From positions 1-64,000 of IMG/VR virus record IMGVR_UViG_3300014205_000002: a DNA stretch of 64,000 nt; one strand, 5' to 3'. This stretch comes from a virus. Lineage: Duplodnaviria > Caudoviricetes. Shown here piece after piece: positions 1 through 7,107 of this stretch. The number at the start of each line of letters is the position of its first letter. Position 1 is the stretch's first letter. The notes beneath the pieces are model-generated. The model saw only the letters and a list, made by a program, of their open reading frames with translations. It made no database searches and was not told where the DNA came from. Made by a program: the position numbers and the translations under genes.

Positions 1-1065
1 AACTTCCAGTTCTACAACGTGCGCTTCGGGCCCCAGGCCTTTGCGATGAAGATGGTCTTCAACCCCTACATGATCGTGGGTTACCCCTCGCTGATCCTCG
101 ATGACTCAGACGCGCGCTACCATCTGCTCGCGCACGTCCATGCGACGACCCACATCCTCACGCCGACCGACGCCTACACTCAGGCCACCATGACCCATGT
201 GCGCAACGCGCGCCATGAGAAGCTGATGCCCTACCGCGAGGCTCAGGACCAGTACTTCTTCTTCCACCTCACCGACGCCCACAAGTACCGGCTCGACACG
301 CCCAGCGGGCTCACGAAGTACCAGAAGCTACTCAAGAGCCAGAACCCGCCACTCTACGCCAAGAGCTTCGTGCCCTGGGAGTTCCTCGATGTCGAGAGCA
401 AACTCCCGCCGCCCTTCATCTTCCATGGCGGCTTCGGTCTGAATGCGAAGAACGAGCGCGACTTCTCATGGTACGCGAGGCTCCTGGGGTTCGTTCAGGA
501 CAACGGCGCGCCGAACCCCAACTTTGAGGACGGCGACTTCATCTTCGCCGAGAACCCGATCATCAACTTTGCCGAGGACGCCGACTTCGACCTCGCGACT
601 GGGGCCAGCTCCGCTGCGGCCGTGAAGCTAAACATCGACACGCGCACAGCGCTCACGCGCGTGTACCGACGCATCCAGCGGGTCGGACAGAATGACCCGA
701 GCCGCTCCCAGGCGAGCCTGGTGGCCTTCGACCTCGACGGCGAGGAGCCCGAGACCCAGCCCGCCGTGTTCTCGCCGGCGGAGACCCTGGCGAAACTCTC
801 GGCCGCCACGGCGGCGGTCAACAAGGGTCTCAAGGCGGCGCTCAACCCCGGCACGCCCTTTACGCCCGGGCAGAAAGTCGAGCACGAGATCCCCTCGCCC
901 GATACCCCGCCCGAGCGCATCAAGGTCTACACCATTCCGCCCACCTTTGACGCCAAAGGCGTCCAGACCGACAAGGGCAAGCTCATGCCGTTCGATACAG
1001 CCATTCAGGCTCGGGTGCTCGCGCACACGGCCAAGTGCCGCAACCGTGAGGCCGTGATCGGCTAG
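1..1065 (+). CDS. hypothetical protein, 5'-truncated (possibly baseplate/tail related)
   Basis: Frame is open from base 1 to TAG at 1063-1065 with GC3-rich codon usage; no clear motif. Confidence 0.6.
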   Translation, partial: NFQFYNVRFGPQAFAMKMVFNPYMIVGYPSLILDDSDARYHLLAHVHATTHILTPTDAYTQATMTHVRNARHEKLMPYREAQDQYFFFHLTDAHKYRLDTPSGLTKYQKLLKSQNPPLYAKSFVPWEFLDVESKLPPPFIFHGGFGLNAKNERDFSWYARLLGFVQDNGAPNPNFEDGDFIFAENPIINFAEDADFDLATGASSAAAVKLNIDTRTALTRVYRRIQRVGQNDPSRSQASLVAFDLDGEEPETQPAVFSPAETLAKLSAATAAVNKGLKAALNPGTPFTPGQKVEHEIPSPDTPPERIKVYTIPPTFDAKGVQTDKGKLMPFDTAIQARVLAHTAKCRNREAVIG

Positions 1066-1417
1066 GCCGCACCACGACCTCGCGCTGCAAGAACGTGTCA
1101 AGTTGGGGTACGCGGTACACGGCCACGAGCAGATCGTCAGCCTGGAATAGTTGACTGACCAACTGCCGGTGGGGGCCGCCATAGCGCGCCGCTATCAGTG
1201 GACATTCGCTCCAAGCGGTGTAGCGACGATACTGCCCAGGGTCGTCTGGATACTCGTTCCGCCAGAGGCGCAGAGGCAGCTGGCCGGGCAGCAGGCCTGC
1301 GTAAATGTGGGGGTGAGCGTCGAAGAAGGCAGCGCATGCGTCATGGACGTCACCCCCGACGACCCAGCGCTCAAGCCAGGCGATCGCCTCGGGCGCGATC
1401 AATCGTGCCACAGGCAT
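983..1417 (-). CDS. putative ADP-ribosyltransferase-like protein
   Basis: LRLWR...YTAWSE...QREVVV resembles the R / S-x-S / Q-x-E layout of small phage ART-fold proteins; last gene of an overlapping minus-strand run; start uncertain. Confidence 0.4.
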   Translation of the reverse strand: MPVARLIAPEAIAWLERWVVGGDVHDACAAFFDAHPHIYAGLLPGQLPLRLWRNEYPDDPGQYRRYTAWSECPLIAARYGGPHRQLVSQLFQADDLLVAVYRVPQLDTFLQREVVVRPSRSRPHGCGTWPCARAPEPEWLYRTA

Positions 1418-1737
1418 TGCGGATCCGCGCATATGCGGCCCGCGTGCAGCTCCACGAAGTCTCGCGGCAACGGGATGACTTCGAGCGCTGCGACCTCGAA
1501 GTCCTGGCCCTCGTCCTCGGGGCAAAGGTAGTCGACGTCGAGGTAGTAGTGGATGTCCAGCGCCAGGTTGTGCAGGCTGCTACCGCCACCCTCGCGCAGG
1601 TAGTAGTTCGTTGCCTGGACGAAGGTCGGGAAGTCCCCGTCGGTTGGGTTGCCGTGGAGCGGCCGAACCAGGTGGTAGTCCACGCCGGCCAGGCGCAGAT
1701 GCAGCTGGGCGGCGTAGGGCTTGCGCGCCTGCGTCAC
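1399..1737 (-). CDS. hypothetical protein
   Basis: GTG start overlaps the upstream stop (GTGA coupling). Confidence 0.55.
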   Translation of the reverse strand: MTQARKPYAAQLHLRLAGVDYHLVRPLHGNPTDGDFPTFVQATNYYLREGGGSSLHNLALDIHYYLDVDYLCPEDEGQDFEVAALEVIPLPRDFVELHAGRICADPQCLWHD

Positions 1738-2153
1738 GGGGTTTTGTCGGCCACGAGCGTGAGGACGGGCTGCCTCACCTCGGCGTAGAGGGCCTCGGCA
1801 AAGGGCACGGGCAGCCAGATGCGCGTCGGCCCCACGATCAGCGCGGCCGTGGGCGGCAGGGTGGTGTCCCCGGTCGCGTCGTGGTATTCCTTTGCGAAGA
1901 TGACCAGGCTGGCATTGAGCGGCCGGCAGCCGCGATTGCCATTGGCGTCCTCGCGGAACTCGGCGCGCAGCCACACGCGCTCGTCGCTGACGTGACGCTC
2001 TGGGTCGGGCTTGAAGCAGCCCTGCGTGTAGGGCGAGAGCGAGGCCTGCGCACGCCCCCCGACATCGACCGTGAGCTTGTACTCGTCGCGCTCCGCCTGG
2101 TGGGTGATGCCGAAGGTCGCCCCCTCGATCGTTGGGCTGCACATTTCCCTCAT
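1734..2153 (-). CDS. hypothetical protein
   Basis: ATGA coupling to the upstream gene; MREMCSPTIEG... Confidence 0.55.
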   Translation of the reverse strand: MREMCSPTIEGATFGITHQAERDEYKLTVDVGGRAQASLSPYTQGCFKPDPERHVSDERVWLRAEFREDANGNRGCRPLNASLVIFAKEYHDATGDTTLPPTAALIVGPTRIWLPVPFAEALYAEVRQPVLTLVADKTP

Positions 2154-2482
2154 GGGTCGCAGGTACAGGTTCCGGGGGCGTGCTGCTGGTAGGGGCAGCA
2201 GGTATGCACCTCGTGCTCGCCTGGCGATCGCTCGGAGGGTCGCAGGCATCCCCGGCATGGGCCAATGCTGCGTTGGGCCCAGCGCAGATCGCGCGCGTAG
2301 GCGAGCACGTAATGAATGGGCAGCAGCATGCATAGGAGCAGTGGCAGGGCCGCCCAAGGGCCTGGTGCCGGCAGCCAGCCGAAACCAGCCCCGATCACGG
2401 CGACGATGGTCCCGAGGGGAGCGAGGAAAGAGACGGCAATGTTGCGCTCGGCGGCGCGCAGTCGACGTTCGTATAGCAGCAT
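2150..2482 (-). CDS. small membrane protein
   Basis: Two hydrophobic segments; start overlaps the upstream stop. Confidence 0.55.
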   Translation of the reverse strand: MLLYERRLRAAERNIAVSFLAPLGTIVAVIGAGFGWLPAPGPWAALPLLLCMLLPIHYVLAYARDLRWAQRSIGPCRGCLRPSERSPGEHEVHTCCPYQQHAPGTCTCDP

Positions 2483-2832
2483 CAGAGGGCCAGCGCCTTT
2501 CGGAAGACGGCCAGCGGCACGGGGCCGGTGAGCGCCTGTGTCAACAGGGGGATGGTAAGCGGCGAGCAGACGGAGAGGAAGCGAGGTGTCCTCATGCCGT
2601 TCGCCAGCTCCACCATCGCGGTGAAGTCGTCGATGGTTCGGTGGTGCTGATTCAGCGTGTCGCTGTTCTCGACCACGGGCCAGTAGAACACGAGACAGGG
2701 GCCATCGGGATTGGACTGGTCGATCGAGGGGCCGTGCGTCATATAGAGCGCCCCCGACTTCACATGGAGGTACATACCCGCGCGCACACGCTCGCGGGCG
2801 CTGGTCAGGCGGTGGATCGTCTCCGAATTCAT
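2482..2832 (-). CDS. DUF1653-like protein
   Basis: GMYLHVKSGALY...LVFY...RTIDDF...PRF pattern; GAGG upstream of ATG 2832. Confidence 0.55.
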   Translation of the reverse strand: MNSETIHRLTSARERVRAGMYLHVKSGALYMTHGPSIDQSNPDGPCLVFYWPVVENSDTLNQHHRTIDDFTAMVELANGMRTPRFLSVCSPLTIPLLTQALTGPVPLAVFRKALAL

Positions 2833-2849
2833 CGCGTTCCTCTCAGAGC

Positions 2850-2880
2850 AAAACCCCTGGTGCCAGGGGCTCCAGGGGTT
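2850..2880 (-). terminator. putative intrinsic terminator
   Basis: Minus strand CCCCTGG-CA-CCAGGGG followed by TTTT. Confidence 0.45.
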
Positions 2881-2884
2881 CCGT

Positions 2885-3395
2885 CGTGGTGTGGGAATGC
2901 CGATATTTCCTAGCGGGAGGCCGGTAAAGGCCAGAACCGTCGGCACCTAAACCCATCAAGCTTTCGCCCGAAGTCACCAGGTGCGCCTACATTTACTGAG
3001 TTGAGCCGTGAGGCCCATCAGTCCGGTCAGTGCGTTGACCGGGTGTCCGGTGTCACCAGGGGTGTGGGCCCCAAGCTCTCCCAGTTCGCTCTCGCAGCCC
3101 GTTTCAAGGGGGCAACGAGAGTCCCCAGTAAAGGGGTCGAGTGGGAGTCCGGCGTCGACTGAGTCAAGAGGTGGGCCGATATGACACACCGAGCGAGACC
3201 CAGGAGAGCTGGCCCGAGGGCCGTAACCGGAAACCGGACTTCGACGCGGCGGTTAGACCACCGTATCGCGGACAACCTCGGCAAGGAGGTGGCCCGACCA
3301 CAGGGCCCGAAAGCCCGGTGATTGCGACGGAGTGTTTCCCTTGCGGGCAGCGCCGCCGTCGATGAAGACAGGTTAACCCGAAGTTATCGGAGTCG
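2885..3395 (+). ncRNA. candidate large structured non-coding RNA, unclassified
   Basis: ~500-nt gap without a credible ORF, with more than 10 hairpins and long-range helices; G-U pairs favour the + strand. Confidence 0.5.
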
Positions 3396-3977
3396 TCAAG
3401 TGGTAATACCAAGTTCTCGGCAAATTTCTTTGTGGATATTGGTGTGTGTGCGCCGAGACTGGCGCGCCATGTTTATCGTGGCCCCCGTTCCCCCGCCTCC
3501 TCCATTCCAGCACACGATCAGATGGTCGGTCCGCTTCACGATCTCGCGGTTGCGGGCCATATAGCCGGGGGTGCCGCGCGTCGTCGAGACGATCACGGTC
3601 TGGTCGGCGCGCTTACGCAGCGACCAGTACAGCCGCCAGAGCGGATCGTTCTCGATGTCCGCGGCGGTGATGTCGCGTGGATGCTTGCCAGTGTACCAGC
3701 CGAACTCGTTCTCGGGTGTCAACTCATGGCCCTCAAAAGGCACCATGGCGACCAGCTGGATGTCACACCCCTCCTGATCGCGCAGCTTGAGGACGGCCCC
3801 GGCGAACATCATGTCAAAGCCGTTACCGAAGCCCGAATACGCGATCGTTGGGCCTTTCCAGGCACGCAGCCGTGTGGCAACGTACTCCACCGCCGGAACC
3901 CATAAGCGGGGATCCCGGATGTGACCCAACTTGCTGGGTCGATGCCCTGTACAGCCTAGTCTTGCGCGCAGAACCAT
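3396..3977 (-). CDS. SLOG-family (YspA/DUF1273-like) protein
   Basis: CTGHRP, SGFGNGFD, YMARNREIV, GTGATINMA motifs. Confidence 0.85.
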   Translation of the reverse strand: MVLRARLGCTGHRPSKLGHIRDPRLWVPAVEYVATRLRAWKGPTIAYSGFGNGFDMMFAGAVLKLRDQEGCDIQLVAMVPFEGHELTPENEFGWYTGKHPRDITAADIENDPLWRLYWSLRKRADQTVIVSTTRGTPGYMARNREIVKRTDHLIVCWNGGGGGTGATINMARQSRRTHTNIHKEICRELGITT

Positions 3978-3998
3978 ACAAGCAGTATATCACGCCAG

Positions 3999-4009
3999 TT
4001 GGTCGGTCC
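3999..4009 (-). promoter_or_regulatory. GG[AT]CCGACCAA operator-like motif
   Basis: GGACCGACCAA in the divergent intergenic gap; recurs at 53826, 61429 and 63565. Confidence 0.45.
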
Positions 4010-4019
4010 AGGTTTCGAC

Positions 4020-4025
4020 TATAAT
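4020..4025 (+). promoter_or_regulatory. TATAAT promoter element for the sigma/RNAP operon
   Basis: CTATAATG about 32 nt upstream of ATG 4058, which has a GGAGG RBS. Confidence 0.55.
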
Positions 4026-4057
4026 GATCGTGGACGTAAATGCTCATGGAGGACGTC

Positions 4058-4933
4058 ATGGCCGCACCCGTACACCCCGCTGTCGCGGCCCTCAGTCGCC
4101 TTGAGAAGCAGTCCGCACGCGACCAGCCCTACGTCTACCATGAGAATGGCAAGCGTCAGAGCGAGCTGTACCAGGCGCACGTCGACAAGGCGCGATCGAT
4201 GCGCCGTCGCCCGCTGGGCTCTGGGCACGTCGCCAACATTATGCGCGATCCACGCTACCAGGTCACCTCCGAGAAGCACGGTCCCAGCGAGGGTCGCTTC
4301 ACCGTTGGCGGTGCAGCCCTCGGCGCGGCTGCGACCACCGCGGGGGCGCTCGCGCTTGGCCGCACACCTTTGCGCAGCATCCAGGTTGAAGCGTTACTGG
4401 TCGCTCCGACCATGGGTGCGCTCGCCGGAGCTGCGGCCGGCCGCGCGCTCTCTGGTGCTCCCTCCAAGATGCGCGGCGAGTGGGCGACGGCGGTCGATCG
4501 CAACCGGCCCGGCACCGACGGCCGGCCGCGGGTGCCGCATGTCGACCCTAGGCCCTACCTCAAGAGCGACAAGCCGATCGAGCGCGAGTACGGCCAGTAC
4601 ATGATGGGCGAAGAGGCACCGGTCGATCGCCAGCACTTCGGTCGGGCGATCGGCGACGACGCTTACATTCACCGCATCGAGGAGATTGGCGGCGTCGAGG
4701 GAAAGAACCGCGCGGCAATGGGTCACGCCACGGCCATCGGGGCCGCTGCCGGCACCTATGCGGGGCTGGCCGCCGCCTTCAAAGGTGGTCCTGCTGGCGC
4801 TGCACTCGGGGTCGGCCTGCCGATCGCGGGGATGCTGGCCGGTCACATGGCGGGCAAGGCCATGGGGCAGGATGCTGGCAGCCGTGACGCAGAGCTGCGC
4901 GCGGCGATCGCGCGCACATCGAAAGCGATCTAG
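4058..4933 (+). CDS. glycine-zipper protein, putative internal head protein
   Basis: GGAGG at 4048-4052; two G/A-rich hydrophobic hairpins; LEKQSA near the N-terminus. Confidence 0.65.
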   Translation: MAAPVHPAVAALSRLEKQSARDQPYVYHENGKRQSELYQAHVDKARSMRRRPLGSGHVANIMRDPRYQVTSEKHGPSEGRFTVGGAALGAAATTAGALALGRTPLRSIQVEALLVAPTMGALAGAAAGRALSGAPSKMRGEWATAVDRNRPGTDGRPRVPHVDPRPYLKSDKPIEREYGQYMMGEEAPVDRQHFGRAIGDDAYIHRIEEIGGVEGKNRAAMGHATAIGAAAGTYAGLAAAFKGGPAGAALGVGLPIAGMLAGHMAGKAMGQDAGSRDAELRAAIARTSKAI

Positions 4934-4936
4934 CCC

Positions 4937-5647
4937 ATGGCGATCGCGTTGTGGCAGGCTTGGGATCAGGATCGCAGGACCGAGCGCCTGCGGCCCCTGC
5001 TGGCTGCGCACGCCACACTGATCGACCACGAGATCGGTCGCTGGGCGGGCTCGGGGCTGCCACCGGTGGCCTTGCGCGCGGAGGCGCGGAGGCTGACGCT
5101 CAACGCCTACAGGTCATTCGATCCCAGCAAGGGCGCGAACGTTGGAACCCATGTCGTCAACCATCTGCGCGGCCTCGACGCCTACGTCAGCCAGCACCGC
5201 GACCCCGTGCGCTTACCAGTCGAGCAGGCCCGAGTGGCGGACAAGGTCTACCGCGCGAAGCGGGAGCTGGAACTGGAGCTCGGACGCGAGGCGACGGTCG
5301 GCGAGGTGCGCGAGCGCGCGGGGGTCGGCAGCATCAACCTGGGCAACCTAGGGCGGCAGCAGGCTCGGCTGTACTCGCAGAACGAGGCCAGCGGCTACGA
5401 GCAGCCCGTGCGCGAGGACCTCACGCATGACGAACTCGTGCGCGACTTTCTGTATCACGACCTCACGCCGCGCCAACAGCTAGTGTTTGACCACATCACC
5501 GGCGGCAACGATCGCGAGGAGCTCGGCACTGTGGCGATCGCCGAGCGCTTGAACATGACCCCTGGGCGCGTGAGCGCCATCCGCAACCAGATCCGCACCA
5601 AGGCCGAGGGCTACCGCCTCGCCGTCAACAACCTGATGGAGGCTTAA
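4937..5647 (+). CDS. sigma70-family RNA polymerase sigma factor (FliA/WhiG-like architecture)
   Basis: Region 2 AYRSFDPSKGANVGTH, region 3 ELGREATVGEV, region 4 HTH LTPRQQLV...IAERLNMTPGRVSAI. Confidence 0.85.
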   Translation: MAIALWQAWDQDRRTERLRPLLAAHATLIDHEIGRWAGSGLPPVALRAEARRLTLNAYRSFDPSKGANVGTHVVNHLRGLDAYVSQHRDPVRLPVEQARVADKVYRAKRELELELGREATVGEVRERAGVGSINLGNLGRQQARLYSQNEASGYEQPVREDLTHDELVRDFLYHDLTPRQQLVFDHITGGNDREELGTVAIAERLNMTPGRVSAIRNQIRTKAEGYRLAVNNLMEA

Positions 5648-5649
5648 GC

Positions 5650-7107
5650 ATGAACGCGAAGGTACTGGGCGGTGCTGCGATCGGGGCGGTGGCTGGCGGG
5701 GCTTTTGGTTTAGGCCATGACCGAATGATCCCTGGCGCTCTGGCGGGCGCGGCGCTCGGGGCGATCGCTGGTGCGGGGGCGGCTAAGCTCCTGCGCAAGC
5801 CCCCGCCAAAGCGAACCTCCGCCTTCGTGCAGAATGCTGACAACGTTAGCGATGACCATGTCTTTGAAAATGGCGTGAGGGTCGATCGCGATGGACCCAC
5901 AGGGGATGCGACAGAACAAGGCACGCGAGTATTCAATCACCATGTACGTATCGGCAGAAAAGGCAGAGAGCTTCATAGGTCCAGTAATTCACGTATCGCC
6001 CACCATGGTGACGACATCTTTGTGAACGTTAGAAACCAGGAACTGGATGTCGTCGGGAGGGGCATGAGCACGAGTTACGCCACGACCATTCACGATGCGT
6101 TCCATTCCGACGACGTCGTGGACGACATAGTCAGCCACGCCGCTCAGCTCGGCCGCACCATCTCCCCTGAGCATCAAGACGAGATCCGCGGCGTGCTACG
6201 TCGGTTCGATCGAAAGAAGAAAGAGGCATCCATGCGTCCCTATGACCTATTTCTCAAGACACTGGAGGCTGAGGCATCCACCAAGTCGGCGCTAGGGCCC
6301 GACATAGCCGAGGCTGCCATGCACTTCGCTCGGGGCGTTGGTCACAACGCGAGCGGCATTGCTACCAAGGTCAAGAATTCTGTCGGTCGACATGTTGACG
6401 ACATCAAGGGTCGGATCGCCGAGTCGACAGCAGAGCGCATCGCAGGCCAAGCCGCCCCCCACATCCAGGGCCTAATCAGTCCCGAGGGCGTGGGGCGTAT
6501 GGTCGAGCAGCCGGGCGTGAAGAACCTGATCCGCGAGCATGTGGCCGAGGCGGCGGTCAGCCCGCTCGACCTGCTATTCGGCAAGCGCAAGACAGCCTCC
6601 GTTTCCGCTTGCGAGACGCGCTCCTACGACCTTTTCATGAGTCAGTTTGAGCTGAGCAAGAGCGCAAGCGCGCGCAACGCGGCGATCGACCGTCATGGCT
6701 TTGCGCCGACCGGTCCCGTGTTCGCGGCTAGGGAGCGCGCGCCCGTTGGCGAGAACGTCCGCGAGACCACGCAGGCATCGACGCCGATCTCGATGGCCCA
6801 GGCTACCAGGTACGACGAGAAGCAGGCGAACGCCTTACTCAAGGGCCTGGGTGGCGGCTTCTTGCTCGGAGCTGGCGGCGTGGCCGCGGCCGACAAGCTG
6901 AGCGACAACAAGCAGAAGGCCACCGCGGACATCCTGCGCTCGAAGGCCACCTACAACCGCAACCGTATTCGCTACCAGCAGACGTTCCAGAAGCTCGCGC
7001 CAGCGGCCCAGCGCGAGATCCTCAAGTCCTATGACGCCTATGCGGGCTCGGTCGCCCAGGGGGCCGAAGAGGGCCTCTACCCGGTGAGCGGGGCCTCGTT
7101 GTTCTGA
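5650..7107 (+). CDS. multi-module putative internal head protein
   Basis: Gly-zipper N-terminus; internal MRPYDLF and RSYDLF tags flanked by KEAS/KSA and KTAS/KSAS. Confidence 0.7.
   Translation: MNAKVLGGAAIGAVAGGAFGLGHDRMIPGALAGAALGAIAGAGAAKLLRKPPPKRTSAFVQNADNVSDDHVFENGVRVDRDGPTGDATEQGTRVFNHHVRIGRKGRELHRSSNSRIAHHGDDIFVNVRNQELDVVGRGMSTSYATTIHDAFHSDDVVDDIVSHAAQLGRTISPEHQDEIRGVLRRFDRKKKEASMRPYDLFLKTLEAEASTKSALGPDIAEAAMHFARGVGHNASGIATKVKNSVGRHVDDIKGRIAESTAERIAGQAAPHIQGLISPEGVGRMVEQPGVKNLIREHVAEAAVSPLDLLFGKRKTASVSACETRSYDLFMSQFELSKSASARNAAIDRHGFAPTGPVFAARERAPVGENVRETTQASTPISMAQATRYDEKQANALLKGLGGGFLLGAGGVAAADKLSDNKQKATADILRSKATYNRNRIRYQQTFQKLAPAAQREILKSYDAYAGSVAQGAEEGLYPVSGASLF

Noticed and set aside
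2981-3361. Group II intron interpretation of the structured region (GTGCG at 2981, bulged hairpin at 3325-3361)
   Set aside because: The hairpin lacks the AGC/CGC catalytic triad and GNRA loop of domain V, and there is no interrupted gene or maturase
2974-3412. Short ORFs (71-85 aa) inside the structured region
   Set aside because: No RBS or coupling, atypical composition, and they overlap one another
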